Assembly (NCBI GenBank): GCA_963727445.1
Contig: CAVSGI010000010.1
Span: forward strand, 352,001 to 416,000
Direction of reading: 5' to 3'
Source: an uncultured delta proteobacterium
GTDB taxonomy: Bacteria; Myxococcota_A; Polyangia; Polyangiales; B10-G4
DNA: 64,000 nucleotides
Shown: piece by piece, positions 49,362 to 60,436 of the stretch
Layout of the letters: each line of letters starts with the position of its first letter
How positions within the stretch are numbered: the first letter of the stretch is position 1
Made by a program: the position numbers and the translations under genes
Notes under the pieces: model-generated
Databases searched by the model: none
Told to the model about the DNA's origin: nothing
The model's input: only the letters and a program-made list of their open reading frames with translations

Positions 49362-51881
49362 ATGCCAACTTTTCCATTGCGAGAGCTTCTGCCTCCCAGC
49401 GACGCGGTCAGTCCCGACGCGTTGCTCGAAGGGTTCATGGACTACGCGGCCGGGATGGGGCTCGAGCTCTATCCCGCGCAGGAAGAGGCCATCCTCGAGA
49501 TCTTCTCGGGCAACAACGTCATTCTTGCGACCCCCACCGGCAGCGGGAAATCCCTGGTCGCCCTCGCCGCGCACTACCGGTCGCTCGCGCGTGGAGAGGT
49601 CTCTTTCTACACCGCGCCGATCAAGGCGCTGGTCAGCGAGAAGTTCTTCGACCTGTGCCGCGCATTCGGACCGGACGACGTGGGGATGCTGACGGGGGAC
49701 GCTTCGGTCAACGCCGACGCGCCCATCATCTGCTGCACCGCCGAGATCCTCGCGCATCAGGCGCTCCGCGAAGGGCCGCGCGCCGACATCTCCCAGGTCG
49801 TGATGGACGAGTTCCACTATTACGCCGACCGGGACCGCGGGGTGGCGTGGCAGGTGCCGCTCCTCACGCTTCCCCAGGCGAGCTTCCTCTTGATGAGCGC
49901 GACCCTGGGCGACACCAGCTTCTTCGAGGAGGAGCTGACGCTGCGCACCAGTCGCGTCACTTCGCTGGTCACCAGCGCCGATCGGCCGGTGCCCCTCGAC
50001 TACGAGTACCGCGAGACGCCGCTCCACGAGACGATCTCGGACCTCCTCGAAGAGGGCCGCTCCCCCGTCTACATCGTCCACTTCACTCAGCGGAGCGCCG
50101 CCGAGCAGGCGCAGAACCTGATGAGCATCGACTTCCTGAGCAAAGAGGAGAAGCAGACGATCAAAGACGAGCTCGCCGGCTTCCGCTTCGACAGCCCGGA
50201 AGGCAAGGAGCTGCGGCGCTTCGTTCATCACGGCGTGGGTCTTCACCACGCGGGCCTTCTGCCCAAATACCGGCGCATGGTGGAGCGCCTCGCGCAGAAG
50301 GGACTGCTCCGGCTCATCTGCGGCACCGACACCCTCGGCGTCGGCGTCAACGTCCCCATCCGCACCGTCCTCCTGACGCGCCTCTACAAGTACGACGGCG
50401 AGAAGACCCGCGTCCTGTCGGTTCGCGACTTCCAGCAGATCGCCGGCAGGGCCGGCCGGCGCGGCTTCGATACCCGCGGCAGCGTGGTCGCCCAGGCGCC
50501 GGAGCACGTGGTCGAAAACCGCTCTCTCGAGCGAAAGGCTGCCGGGGACCCCAAGAAGCTCCGCAAGCTCAAGCGAAAGAAGCCGCCCGATCGCGGCTAC
50601 GCGCATTATGACGAAGCCACCTTCCGTCGTCTGGTGGAGGGCGAGCCCGAACGCCTCAACTCGAGCTTCGCCGTCAGCCACGCGATGCTCCTTCACATGC
50701 TCGAGCGTCCCGGCAACGGGTGCGCGGCGATCAAGGATCTCATTCGCGGCAGTCACGAGTCGGTCCGGGAAAAGCGCGCCCACGGGCGGACGGCCATCGC
50801 GATGTTTCGTTCGCTGGTGGCGGCCGAGGTGGTGGAGGTCCGAGAGGAGCCCGACGACAGCGGTCGTTACGTCCAGATCCACGCCGATCTCCAGGAGGAC
50901 TTCTCCCTCAATCACGCGCTCTCGCTCTACCTGGTGGAGGCGCTCGAGGTCCTGGATCCAAAGGAGCCCGACTATGCCCTCGACGTGCTCAGCTTCGTCG
51001 AGGCGACCCTCGAGTCGCCGCGGGTGCTGCTCCTGAGGCAGCTCGACAAGCTCAAGACCGAGGCGCTGAACGAGATGAAGGCGCGCGGCGTCGAGTACGA
51101 GGAGCGCATCGCCGCGCTCGACGAGGTCGAAAACCCGAAGCCGAAGAAGGAGGTGCTCTGGGAGACCTTCGACGCCTATCGCAAGCACCATCCGTGGATC
51201 GGCGACAACGTCCGGCCCAAGAGCATCGCGCGCGACATGTACGAGATGGCGGCTTCCTTCTCGGAGTACGTCAAGGAGTACGGTCTGGCGCGCTCCGAGG
51301 GCGTGCTCCTGCGTTACCTGAGCGACGCCTACAAGGCGCTCGTCCAGAACGTGCCCGAAGCGAAGAAGACCGATGAGGTCTACGACATGGAGGATTGGCT
51401 CGGCGCGGTGGTTCGCCAGGTCGACTCGAGCCTCCTGGACGAGTGGGAACGTTTGAAGCATCCCGAGGAGCTGGCGGCCCCCGAACGACCCGAGGACGAG
51501 GCGGAGCAGGACATCACCGCGGGCCCTTCGTTTCAGGTGCTCCTGCGCAACGAAGCCTTCCGCTTCGTCCGCCACCTCGCGCTCGGTCAGTACGAGCGGG
51601 CGGCCGAGATGCTCGAACAGCCCGAGTCCGATCGCTGGGACCCGGCGCGCATCGAAGAAGCGATGGCGCCCTTCTTCGCGGAGCACGACGCCATCCGACT
51701 CGACCAAGAGGCGCGCGCAAAGCAGAACGTGCTCATCGAGCCGGCTTCCGATGGATGGACGATCGAGCAGGTCGTCCTCGATCCCGAGGAGCATCGCGAC
51801 TTCCGCGCGTGCTTCACCGTTCTTCGCGAACGCTCTCGCGAGGAGCAGCGTCCGGTGCTCAGGCTCGATCGCCTCGGCTGA
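49362..51881 (+). CDS. Ski2-like DEAD/DEAH helicase with a DUF3516-type C-terminus
   Basis: TPTGSGKS, PIKALVSEK, DEFH, MSAT, TDTLGVGVN, QIAGRAGRRG, and C-terminal RSEGVLLRYLSDAYK and VDSSLLDEWE. Confidence 0.92.
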   Translation: MPTFPLRELLPPSDAVSPDALLEGFMDYAAGMGLELYPAQEEAILEIFSGNNVILATPTGSGKSLVALAAHYRSLARGEVSFYTAPIKALVSEKFFDLCRAFGPDDVGMLTGDASVNADAPIICCTAEILAHQALREGPRADISQVVMDEFHYYADRDRGVAWQVPLLTLPQASFLLMSATLGDTSFFEEELTLRTSRVTSLVTSADRPVPLDYEYRETPLHETISDLLEEGRSPVYIVHFTQRSAAEQAQNLMSIDFLSKEEKQTIKDELAGFRFDSPEGKELRRFVHHGVGLHHAGLLPKYRRMVERLAQKGLLRLICGTDTLGVGVNVPIRTVLLTRLYKYDGEKTRVLSVRDFQQIAGRAGRRGFDTRGSVVAQAPEHVVENRSLERKAAGDPKKLRKLKRKKPPDRGYAHYDEATFRRLVEGEPERLNSSFAVSHAMLLHMLERPGNGCAAIKDLIRGSHESVREKRAHGRTAIAMFRSLVAAEVVEVREEPDDSGRYVQIHADLQEDFSLNHALSLYLVEALEVLDPKEPDYALDVLSFVEATLESPRVLLLRQLDKLKTEALNEMKARGVEYEERIAALDEVENPKPKKEVLWETFDAYRKHHPWIGDNVRPKSIARDMYEMAASFSEYVKEYGLARSEGVLLRYLSDAYKALVQNVPEAKKTDEVYDMEDWLGAVVRQVDSSLLDEWERLKHPEELAAPERPEDEAEQDITAGPSFQVLLRNEAFRFVRHLALGQYERAAEMLEQPESDRWDPARIEEAMAPFFAEHDAIRLDQEARAKQNVLIEPASDGWTIEQVVLDPEEHRDFRACFTVLRERSREEQRPVLRLDRLG

Positions 51882-52604
51882 TCACTCAGCCTGTCGCGAG
51901 CGGACCAGGTCGACGAAGGGCGCCATCCCCTCGGGGATGGCGAAGGCGATGCAGGGAATGCCGCCCGCTTCGAGGGTCCCGATGAGGTCGCGACCGAAGG
52001 CGAGTCGCGATCCCCACACCGCGATCAGCGTGTCGTTGCCGACCCGGTTCAAGAGCGCCGCGAGGCGCGTGGGCTCGACCGGAGGTGGGTCGCCCGCGTC
52101 GATGAGGATGATGTCGATCTCGCGCTCGAGCTGAGCTCTGAGGGCGAGCACCGAGGTCGCGGGCTCCGTTTGCACCAGGCTGCCGCCGAGGGCGACCTCG
52201 ATCGTCGAGGCGAACCCCGGGCGAGTCGAGACCACCAACACCTGCACCGGCCGAGTGATGGGACGCAGGGCGCGGGTGGTGTCGGCGTTCAGGGCGAAGT
52301 CGGTCACGCCCGAGACGGGTGGGGGCAGCACGCTCGGCTTGGAGTCGTCGTCCGTGTGGTCGACGACCGCCAGCGCCATCTCCACGCGGAGCATGGTGTC
52401 TCCCACGTCCTCGGCGCGCAGGTAGCGGTCGAGCACCTCGCGGAGCGGGCCGCGAACGAAGCGGGTCAGCTCCTCGCGATTCTGAGGGATTTGCGGGCCC
52501 CAGCGGGTCAGCGCGTCGAAGAGGATCGCCCGCGCCATCACCGGGGAGAGCTCCTCGGAGAGGCGCTGCCGAACCCGTCGTATGTTCGCGACCGCGGACC
52601 CCAT
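51882..52604 (-). CDS. Hypothetical protein
   Basis: About 240 aa, protein-like ORF with GC3 bias, divergent from the NAD operon. Confidence 0.6.
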   Translation of the reverse strand: MGSAVANIRRVRQRLSEELSPVMARAILFDALTRWGPQIPQNREELTRFVRGPLREVLDRYLRAEDVGDTMLRVEMALAVVDHTDDDSKPSVLPPPVSGVTDFALNADTTRALRPITRPVQVLVVSTRPGFASTIEVALGGSLVQTEPATSVLALRAQLEREIDIILIDAGDPPPVEPTRLAALLNRVGNDTLIAVWGSRLAFGRDLIGTLEAGGIPCIAFAIPEGMAPFVDLVRSRQAE

Positions 52605-52664
52605 CGTGGGCCGATGGTGGGGCCCCCTGGGGGCGGCGTAAAGGCGGATTATCGAGCGCACCCC

Positions 52665-52699
52665 TTGACCGCGAAGGATCTGAGTGTATATTCTACACT
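52665..52699 (+). promoter_or_regulatory. Sigma70-like promoter overlapped by an NrtR operator
   Basis: TTGACC (52665) and TATATT (52687). The palindrome AGTGTA-TATTC-TACACT (52683-52699) contains the NrtR core GT-N7-AC, and nrtR lies in the downstream operon. Confidence 0.8.
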
Positions 52700-52711
52700 A
52701 TGAAACGGTGC

Positions 52712-54133
52712 ATGGGATCGGGGGCGCGGGAGGGGGAGGCGGTCTCGGGTCTCGCGACCGACCTCTATCAGCTGACGATGGCTGCGGGCTATCAGCACCA
52801 TCGCATGGCGGGTACGCGCGCTACCTTTCACCTCTTCTTTCGAAGGGCCCCCTTCGGCGGCGCCTTCGCGGTGGCCGCCGGGCTGGCCGACGCGCTCGAA
52901 TCCCTGACGCGCCTCCGCTTCGCGGCCGAGGATCTCGACTACCTCTCGCGCCTCGAGAGCCAGAGCGGAGCGCCGCTCTTTTCGGAGGGTTTCATCGACC
53001 GCCTGAGAATGTTTCGCGTCGCCCTCGACATCGACGCCGTGCCGGAGGGAACGGTCGTCTTCCCGTCGGAGCCTCTGCTTCGGGTGAGCGGCGACCTCCT
53101 CACCTGCCAGCTCGTCGAAACGCTCCTCTTGTCGATCGTGGGCTATCAGACCCTCGTGGCCACCAAAGCGGCGCGCATCAAGATCGCGGCAGCGGAGGCG
53201 CCGGTGCTCGAGCTCGGCTTTCGGCGCGCGCATGGTCCGGGTGCGGCCCTCGCCGCCTCTCGCGCGGCCTTCGTCGGCGGCGTCGATGCCACCTCGAACG
53301 TGCTCGCCGGTCGGCGCTACGACATCCCCGTGCGCGGCACGCATGCCCACTCGTGGGTGATGGCTTTCGGCGACGAGCGGCGCGCCTTCGACGCCTACGC
53401 CGAGGCGATGCCGGACGACTCGGTCTTCCTCGTCGACACCTACGAGACTCAGACCGGGATCGGGCACGCCATCGCGGCCGCGCACGCCATGCGGGCACGC
53501 GGCCGGGCGCTTCGCGCCATTCGCCTCGACTCCGGTGATCTCGCGGAGCTCTCGAAGCGCGCCCGGGCGCGCCTCGATGCCGCGGGGCTCGAGGGGGTGA
53601 AGATCATCGCCTCGAACGATCTCGACGAGCATCGCATCAGCGCGCTGCGCGCGGCGAGCGCGCCCATCGACGTCTACGGCGTCGGCACGCGCCTCGTCAC
53701 CGGCGGTGCGCAGCCCTCTCTCGGCGCGGTGTACAAGCTCGGCGCCATCGAGGAGGGCGGGGTGTGGTCACCGCGAATGAAGATCTCGAGTGACCGCGAA
53801 AAGCGCTCCCTGCCTGGGCGGGTCGCCATCAGGCGTCATTTCCGACACGGCCGCCCCACCCACGACGTCCTCTACGACGTCGATCAGGTACCGCGAGTGG
53901 CTGCTGGCGAGAGCATCGACCTCCTGGTGCCGGTGATGCGCGGGGGCGCCCCGACGGGGCGTTCGCCCAGCCTCGCCGCGCTGCGCGAGCGCGCTCTCGG
54001 GGGCGTGGCACGCCTCCCCGCGGAAGTCGCGCGATTGGCCTCTCCCCTGCGATACTCCGTCAACGATGACGAGGGACTCGCGTCCCTCCGGGCCCGGCTG
54101 GGCGATGATGCTCACCAGGCCAAGGCCAGCTGA
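52712..54133 (+). CDS. pncB: Nicotinate phosphoribosyltransferase
   Basis: TDLYQLTM, FFRRAPF, GTHAHSWV, LVDTY, IRLDSGDL, SNDLDE and GVGTRL. Start is 52700 or 52712. Confidence 0.93.
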   Translation: MGSGAREGEAVSGLATDLYQLTMAAGYQHHRMAGTRATFHLFFRRAPFGGAFAVAAGLADALESLTRLRFAAEDLDYLSRLESQSGAPLFSEGFIDRLRMFRVALDIDAVPEGTVVFPSEPLLRVSGDLLTCQLVETLLLSIVGYQTLVATKAARIKIAAAEAPVLELGFRRAHGPGAALAASRAAFVGGVDATSNVLAGRRYDIPVRGTHAHSWVMAFGDERRAFDAYAEAMPDDSVFLVDTYETQTGIGHAIAAAHAMRARGRALRAIRLDSGDLAELSKRARARLDAAGLEGVKIIASNDLDEHRISALRAASAPIDVYGVGTRLVTGGAQPSLGAVYKLGAIEEGGVWSPRMKISSDREKRSLPGRVAIRRHFRHGRPTHDVLYDVDQVPRVAAGESIDLLVPVMRGGAPTGRSPSLAALRERALGGVARLPAEVARLASPLRYSVNDDEGLASLRARLGDDAHQAKAS

Positions 54134-54136
54134 ACC

Positions 54137-56143
54137 ATGCGTCATGTACACGTAGGCGTCGCCGCTCTGAACCAGACCCCGCTCGATTGGCGGCAAAACG
54201 TCGACAACGTGCTGGCGGCGATCGAAGAGGCGAAGAAGGCGGACGTGAGCGTCCTGTGCCTGCCGGAGCTCTGCCTCACCGGCTACGGCTGCGAGGACAT
54301 GTTCCACTCTCTCGACGTAGCCGCGCGCGCCGCACGCGTGCTCTTCGACGAGGTGGCGCCGGCGACGCGGGGCATGGTCGTGTCGGTGGGTTTGCCCATT
54401 CATCACCTGGGCGCCGTCTACAACGCGGCCGCGGTGTGCGTGGACGGCCACGTGGTCGGCATGGTGGCCAAGCAGAACCTCGCCGGTGACGGCATCCACT
54501 ACGAGCCGCGTTGGTTCAAGCCCTGGCCCGCCGCGCAGCGCACGGTGGTGGAGCTCGCGGGCCGCGAGGTTCCCGTCGGCGACTACATCTTCGACGTGGG
54601 CGGCATCCGCCTGGGGTTCGAGATCTGCGAGGACGCGTGGGTCGCCAACCGCCCCGGCGGCCGCCTCGCGCACCGCGGCGTGGACATCGTGCTCAACCCG
54701 AGCGCCAGCCACTTTGCTTTCGGCAAGCAGGAGGTGAGGCGACGCTTCGTCCTCGAGGGCTCGCGCGCCTTCGGTGTCGCCTATCTCTACGCGAACCTCC
54801 TCGGCAACGAGGCGGGGCGCGCGCTCTACGACGGGGGCACGATGATCGCCTCCGAGGGCACGATGCTCATCGAGGGGCCTCGTTTCACCTTCGCGCTCTT
54901 CTCGATGAGTCACGCCGTGGTCGACGTCGACGCGCTTCGGATGAAGCGCGCGCGGCTCAGCAGCTTCATCCCGGGCGTCGCCACCGAAGGCGCGATCGAG
55001 GTGCGCTTCGCGCTGCCCCAGGCCGAAACGAGTGAGCCCGGCCACGACCGGCCGGCGTGGGACGTGGGCGAGCGGGTGGACGAAGAGGAGTTCACCCGCG
55101 CCATCGCCCTCGGTCTCTTCGACTACTTGCGCAAGGCGCGCTCCCGCGGCTACGTGGTGAGCCTCTCGGGGGGCGCCGACTCGGCGGCCTGCGCGATCCT
55201 GGTCGCCCAAATGGTCGAGCTCTCGGCGAGCGAGCTGGGGATCGCGCGCGTGTGCGAGCGCCTCGGGCACGTGCCGGGGCTCTCGGACGCGCCGGACGCC
55301 CGAACGCTCGTGTCGCGGCTCCTCACCACGGCCTACCAGGCCACCGCGAACAGCGGCGAGGTCACCCGCGAGGCCGCGCGCGCCGTCGCCGAGGCCATCG
55401 GCGCCACGCATCACGAGCTCGACGTCGACGGATTGGTGCGCGGCTACGTCTCCATGGTCGAGGAAGCGCTCGGGCGGAAGCTCGACTGGGAGCACGACGA
55501 CATCGCGCTCCAGAACATCCAGGCCCGGGTGCGCAGCCCCGGCATCTGGCTCATCGCCAACGTCGAGTCGAAGATCCTCCTCAGCACCTCGAACCGCTCC
55601 GAAGCGGCGGTCGGCTACGCGACCATGGACGGAGACACCTCCGGGGGTCTGTCGCCCATCGCTGGCATCGACAAGGCGTTCCTTCGCACCTGGCTCGAGT
55701 GGATGGAGACGGCGGGCCCGACCGGCGGCGCGCCGCTCCCCCCGCTCTCGCACGTCAACGCGCAGCAGCCGACCGCCGAGCTCCGCCCCGCCGCGGCCGG
55801 GCAGACCGACGAAGGCGATCTCATGCCCTATCCACTCCTCGACGCCATCGAGGACGAAGCGATCGGCGGAAAGAAGTCGCCGACCGAGGTCTACGAGACG
55901 GTTCGCGTGCGCTTCCCGGCGGCCGATCCCGAGCAGCTGCGCCTGTGGGTACGTCGCTTCTTCACGCTCTGGTGCCGCAATCAGTGGAAGCGCGAGCGTT
56001 ACGCGCCGTCCTTCCACGTCGACGACAAGAACCTCGACCCCAAGACCTGGTGCCGCTTCCCGATCCTCTCCGGCGGCTTCGCGCTCGAGCTCGCCGAGCT
56101 CGACGCCTTCGTCGCGGGCCAGATCGGCGGAGGTGGCGACTGA
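54137..56143 (+). CDS. nadE: Glutamine-dependent NAD+ synthetase
   Basis: Nitrilase domain ([14 protein letters not shown]) plus [22 protein letters not shown] and PTAEL. Confidence 0.95.
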   Translation: MRHVHVGVAALNQTPLDWRQNVDNVLAAIEEAKKADVSVLCLPELCLTGYGCEDMFHSLDVAARAARVLFDEVAPATRGMVVSVGLPIHHLGAVYNAAAVCVDGHVVGMVAKQNLAGDGIHYEPRWFKPWPAAQRTVVELAGREVPVGDYIFDVGGIRLGFEICEDAWVANRPGGRLAHRGVDIVLNPSASHFAFGKQEVRRRFVLEGSRAFGVAYLYANLLGNEAGRALYDGGTMIASEGTMLIEGPRFTFALFSMSHAVVDVDALRMKRARLSSFIPGVATEGAIEVRFALPQAETSEPGHDRPAWDVGERVDEEEFTRAIALGLFDYLRKARSRGYVVSLSGGADSAACAILVAQMVELSASELGIARVCERLGHVPGLSDAPDARTLVSRLLTTAYQATANSGEVTREAARAVAEAIGATHHELDVDGLVRGYVSMVEEALGRKLDWEHDDIALQNIQARVRSPGIWLIANVESKILLSTSNRSEAAVGYATMDGDTSGGLSPIAGIDKAFLRTWLEWMETAGPTGGAPLPPLSHVNAQQPTAELRPAAAGQTDEGDLMPYPLLDAIEDEAIGGKKSPTEVYETVRVRFPAADPEQLRLWVRRFFTLWCRNQWKRERYAPSFHVDDKNLDPKTWCRFPILSGGFALELAELDAFVAGQIGGGGD

Positions 56144-56835
56144 TGGCGCACACCTACGAGTACCCGCGCCCCGCGGTCACCGTGGACTGCGTCGTCTTCG
56201 GGCTCGACGACGCGGGGCTGCGCGTCCTGTTGATCGAACGTGGCGGCCCTCCCTTCGAAGGGGACTGGGCGCTCCCGGGCGGCTTCGTGCGCATGGACGA
56301 AGACCTCGAAGAGGCCGCGCGCCGCGAGCTCGCCGAGGAGACGGGCCTCGAGGAGGTCTTCCTCGAGCAGCTCTACACCTTCGGCGCCGTCGATCGCGAT
56401 CCCCGAGGCCGCGTGGTGTCGGTGGCGTATTACGCGCTCACCAACATCCGTGATCATCGGGTCCGCGCCGCGACCGACGCCCGCGATGCGGCGTGGTTCG
56501 AGGTGGGCAAGCTCCCGGGCCTGGCCTTCGATCACGACGGCATCATCACCGCCGCCATCGAGCGCCTGCGGGGCAAGATCGCCTACCGCCCCATCGGCTT
56601 CGAGCTGCTGCCGAAGAAGTTCACCCTCACGCAGCTCCAGCACCTGTACGAGACGATCCTCCAGCGGGAGCTCGACAAGCGAAACTTCCGCAAGAAGGTG
56701 CTCTCCCTCGGTCTTCTGGTGGCGCTCGACGAGCTCGAGAAGGACGTCCCGCGCCGCCGCGCCCGCTTGTATCGCTTCGACAAGAAGAAGTACCGCCAGC
56801 TCGAACGCGAAGGCTTCGAGCTACAGATCGCCTGA
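56143..56835 (+). CDS. nrtR: NrtR transcriptional regulator (Nudix + wHTH)
   Basis: WALPGGF..E....[35 protein letters not shown] and LDKRNFRK. Confidence 0.9.
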   Translation: MAHTYEYPRPAVTVDCVVFGLDDAGLRVLLIERGGPPFEGDWALPGGFVRMDEDLEEAARRELAEETGLEEVFLEQLYTFGAVDRDPRGRVVSVAYYALTNIRDHRVRAATDARDAAWFEVGKLPGLAFDHDGIITAAIERLRGKIAYRPIGFELLPKKFTLTQLQHLYETILQRELDKRNFRKKVLSLGLLVALDELEKDVPRRRARLYRFDKKKYRQLEREGFELQIA

Positions 56836-56929
56836 GCCGCTCCGCTTCCGCGTGAGCGCGAGTCAGGCAAACGGCTGGGGCTCGAGTCGCCCCGAGAGGC
56901 CGCCCCTCGCCCGCGAAAGGAGTCATCTC

Positions 56930-57559
56930 GTGGCAAGAGCGTTGATCCTCGTCGACATCCAGAACGACTTCATGCCCGGAGGGCCCCTCGGGGTCGCCGG
57001 AGGCGACGAGGTCGTCCCCATCGCCAACCGCCTGATGCGCCACTTCGCATGGGTGGTCGCGACACGCGACTTCCACCCCGCGGACCACCAGAGCTTCGCG
57101 TCGATGCATCCGGGGCGCAGCGTGGGCGAGCGCATCGTGCTCCACGGTCAGGGGCAGGTGCTGTGGCCGGACCACTGCGTTCAGACGACCCCTGGCTCGG
57201 AGCTCGTCGCGACGCTCGACCGGGACGGCATCGACGCCGTCTTCGTGAAGGGCGGCGACCCGGAGGTGGACAGCTACAGCGGCTTCTTCGATGGTGCGCG
57301 ACGGCACGACACCGGGCTCGACGCCTGGCTTCGCGCCCGGGACGTGCGCGAGCTCTTCCTGGCGGGCGTCGCCACCGATTACTGCGTCGCCGCGACGGCC
57401 CTCGATGCGGTGAGCCTCGGCTATCACACCAGGGTGGTCGTGGATGCATGCCGCGGCGTGGAGCTCGCCTCGGGAGACGTGGCGCGCACCCTCCGGCGCC
57501 TCGAGGCGCAGGGTGTGAGGATCGTCTCGTCCGAGGCGTTGATCGCCGCCGGCGATTGA
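56930..57559 (+). CDS. pncA: Nicotinamidase/pyrazinamidase
   Basis: VDIQNDF, WPDHCVQ, DSYSGF and GVATDYCV, with an AAGGAG RBS before the GTG. Confidence 0.93.
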   Translation: MARALILVDIQNDFMPGGPLGVAGGDEVVPIANRLMRHFAWVVATRDFHPADHQSFASMHPGRSVGERIVLHGQGQVLWPDHCVQTTPGSELVATLDRDGIDAVFVKGGDPEVDSYSGFFDGARRHDTGLDAWLRARDVRELFLAGVATDYCVAATALDAVSLGYHTRVVVDACRGVELASGDVARTLRRLEAQGVRIVSSEALIAAGD

Positions 57560-57591
57560 CCTCGAAAGGCATCCACCCGAGAGTCCTCGCC

Positions 57592-57957
57592 ATGGCGGAG
57601 GACAAAGCGACGGTGACGCCGGAAGAGCTCCGGGCCCCACGAGGCGCTCGGGTCGTGGAGATCGTGTGGGCCGATGGGGCGACCACCCCGATCCACCATC
57701 GGACCCTTCGCGGCTTCTGCCCCTGCGCCCATTGTCAGGGCCATCAGGGGCCCATCGAATGGGTGGAGGGGATGGCCAGCCTGCCGGACGCCGCCCTCGA
57801 GCTCGTGGAGATCGCCGAGGTCGGTCAGTACGCCGTCCAGCTCGGCTGGGGCGACGGTCACAGCACCGGGATCTACAGCTTTTCGTACCTGAGGGAGCTG
57901 GCCGGGCTCGAGGCGTTGCCCGAGGCGGAGAGGAAAGCGCGGAAGCTGAGCCGCTGA
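57592..57957 (+). CDS. DUF971 / GBBH-like N-terminal domain protein
   Basis: LRGFCPCAHCQG, VGQYAV and WGDGHSTGIYSFSYLR. Confidence 0.85.
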   Translation: MAEDKATVTPEELRAPRGARVVEIVWADGATTPIHHRTLRGFCPCAHCQGHQGPIEWVEGMASLPDAALELVEIAEVGQYAVQLGWGDGHSTGIYSFSYLRELAGLEALPEAERKARKLSR

Positions 57958-58112
57958 GGCCACGGGATCACGCTCCTTTTGGGCCGTGAGGGTCCTGGGG
58001 GCCGCTCCCGAGAAACCCTTGCGTTTTCGGCGCCTTCGTGGCAAAAACCGCCGTCCGAAAATTCGCCCGGGGGGCGGATGATCGAGTCTCCTCGAAGGGG
58101 GGGTTAGCCAAG

Positions 58113-59075
58113 ATGAGCGCCAAGCGGAAGACGCCCGCGAAGAAGGCCACCAAGAAGGCCGCCAAGAAGAAGGCGCCCGCCCGAAAGGCGGCGAAGAAGC
58201 CCGCCAAGAAGGCGGCCAAGAAGAAGGCGCCGGCCAAGAAGGCGAAGAAGGCGGCCAAGAAGAAGGCACCTGCCAAGAAGGCGGCGAAGAAAGCCACCAA
58301 GAAGAAGGCGCCTGCCAAGAAGGCGAAGAAGGCCGTGAAGAAGAAGGCGCCTGCCAAGAAGAAGGCGGCGCCCGCGAAGAAGAAGAAGGCGTCCGCCAAG
58401 AAGAAGGCGGCGAAGAAGGCCACCAAGAAGAAGGCGCCTGCCAAGAAGAAGGCGCCTGCCAAGAAGGCGGTTGCCAAGAAGGCGGTTGCCAAGAAGGCGC
58501 CTGCCAAGAAGGCGGTTGCCAAGAAGGCCACGCCCAAGAAGGCGAGCAAGGGTGCCTTCGGCAAGAAGGTGGCGAAGGCGATCACGCCTTTCGAGACCAA
58601 GCCGCCCGCGCCCGAGCCGCCGCCGCCGCCCGCGCCGCCGCCCCGAAAGTACAAGCCGGTGAAGGCCGAGGTCGATGGGGTGACGATTCGCTCCCATCCC
58701 TTCTCGGAGCTCACCGCCCCGCAGCTCAAGCGCCTCTACGGGATGCTCCTCGACAAGCGCCGTCAGATCCAGGCTTCGCGCCAGCAGCGCCTCGACGAGG
58801 CGATCACCAACACCGAGTCGCTCGCAGACGACATCGACATTGCCCAGCGGCACACCGAGCAGGCTTCGCTGATGCGCTTCGCCGACAAGGAGCGCAAGCT
58901 CCTCGACGAGATCAACCACGCCCTCGAGAAGCTCCTCGACACGGGTGAGTACGGCGTCTGCGAAGGCACCGAAGAGCCGATCTCGATCAAGCGTCTCGAA
59001 GTGCGCCCCTGGACTCGCTACTCGGTCGCCTACAAGGAGCAGATTGAGCGCGAGCGCAAGCAGCATCGGCGGTAG
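58113..59075 (+). CDS. dksA: DksA/TraR family regulator with a long histone H1-like Lys/Ala N-terminus
   Basis: About 150 aa of KKAPAKKA repeats, coiled-coil tip DDIDIA (DxxDxA), [11 protein letters not shown] and [20 protein letters not shown]. Confidence 0.8.
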   Translation: MSAKRKTPAKKATKKAAKKKAPARKAAKKPAKKAAKKKAPAKKAKKAAKKKAPAKKAAKKATKKKAPAKKAKKAVKKKAPAKKKAAPAKKKKASAKKKAAKKATKKKAPAKKKAPAKKAVAKKAVAKKAPAKKAVAKKATPKKASKGAFGKKVAKAITPFETKPPAPEPPPPPAPPPRKYKPVKAEVDGVTIRSHPFSELTAPQLKRLYGMLLDKRRQIQASRQQRLDEAITNTESLADDIDIAQRHTEQASLMRFADKERKLLDEINHALEKLLDTGEYGVCEGTEEPISIKRLEVRPWTRYSVAYKEQIERERKQHRR

Positions 59076-59106
59076 GGGCGTCGCGTCGGGTTACCATCCG
59101 CTCACG

Positions 59107-59817
59107 TTGCACGCGCCTCCGAAATCGCTGTGCTGCATCCAGCTGCTCGCCTGGCTCTGCGCTTGCGGCTCCGTCGAGGAGCCAAGCACCGAGCCCATGC
59201 GCCCGACCCATCCGGCTGCGACGCCCGAGCCCGAGCCCGAGGCTCCGGCGAGCGAAGAGCCGGAGGTCGAGGCCAACGTCTACACGCCCGACCCCGAAGG
59301 CTTCGGGGACGATTGTGCGGATGACGCGTCCTGTGCGTGGAACGACCCCTGCGTGCCCACCCGCTGCGTCTCCGCCGTGAACGCGACCACCGATGTCGCT
59401 TGCGCCGAGTCGCGACCACCTCCAGGGAGCTGTCGCTGCCTCGGAGGCCACTGCACGCTCAAGCCGCAGGGCGAGGTGCCCCCTCCAGTTGAAGCGTGCT
59501 CGAGCAGCGCGCGTTGCGGACTCGATCAAGGGGCGGGCCGTTGCGTGGTGGGGAGCGGACGCCGTGCCAATGAGAGCACGCTGATCGAGGGACCGATGTG
59601 CAGGTGCGACGACGCCACGCGTCGCTGTTTCTTCGAGTGGCTCGACCCCGTCCCGTGCCGCCGCGATCGCGACTGCTGGTTCGACTACGACCCGCGCCTG
59701 CACCCGATCCGGCGTCCCCGAAGGGTCAGGAAGCCGTTTCGCCCTTGCGTGGACGGCGAGCATCCTCCGGTATGCCGGCTCGGCGTGTGCGCGTTCGGCC
59801 CTCCATACAGCTGCTGA
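59107..59817 (+). CDS. Cys-rich lipoprotein
   Basis: Lipobox-like WLCAC, Pro/Glu linker and many Cys. The TTG start is inferred. Confidence 0.55.
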   Translation: MHAPPKSLCCIQLLAWLCACGSVEEPSTEPMRPTHPAATPEPEPEAPASEEPEVEANVYTPDPEGFGDDCADDASCAWNDPCVPTRCVSAVNATTDVACAESRPPPGSCRCLGGHCTLKPQGEVPPPVEACSSSARCGLDQGAGRCVVGSGRRANESTLIEGPMCRCDDATRRCFFEWLDPVPCRRDRDCWFDYDPRLHPIRRPRRVRKPFRPCVDGEHPPVCRLGVCAFGPPYSC

Positions 59818-59862
59818 TGGCCGTGGGCACGCCAAGCTCAGGTCGGGGAGCACGCGAAGGCC

Positions 59863-60330
59863 ATGGTCGGCCTGCCTCCACTTTCAGACGCGACCGTGGA
59901 ATCCCTCGAGTCACTGGAGATCGATTCGGCGAAGCTCACCGGCTGGGATGGCGTCTATGCACTCCAACGGCTGCGCAGTCTGGAGATCGGACCCAAGGTC
60001 AAGACCCTCCCTGACGGGATCGCAGGCCTCGCTTCACTCGAGCGGCTGATCGTTCGCAGCAAGCTGAAGACGCTCCCCGCCGATCTCGCGCGGCTGCCGG
60101 CGCTCACGCACCTTCGGATCGTGGACGCCGCCATGACCGCATTGCCCGAGGAGCTCGGTGCTCTCCCCCTCCAGGAGCTGGAGCTCAACAACACCAAGAA
60201 GGTCAAGGCGCTGCCGGAGTCGCTCGGGACCTGCGCCACCCTTCGGACGCTGAGGACCGTCGCCGTTCCGCTGAAGGCCCTGCCGGACGGCGTCTGGACG
60301 CTCCCCGACCTCTTCGGGCCGGGCCTGAAG
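59863..60330 (+). pseudogene. Leucine-rich-repeat fragment
   Basis: About five 'LP..L..L..L..L.I' units. Sequence degenerates after TLPDL and the ORF runs into the next gene. Confidence 0.55.
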
Positions 60331-60436
60331 CGCCTCTACCGCGGCCGCTTACGATGCGCTCTCGGACGAAGACCGGGAAGCCTTCGGAGCCCGTTTGAGC
60401 CCCGACTGGACGTGAGCTCGACTATAGTCCGCGGCC

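Noticed and set aside
57968..58729. Hydrophobic Phe/Ala/Leu-rich ORF resembling a membrane protein
   Set aside because: It is the exact antisense of the Lys/Ala repeats of DksA.
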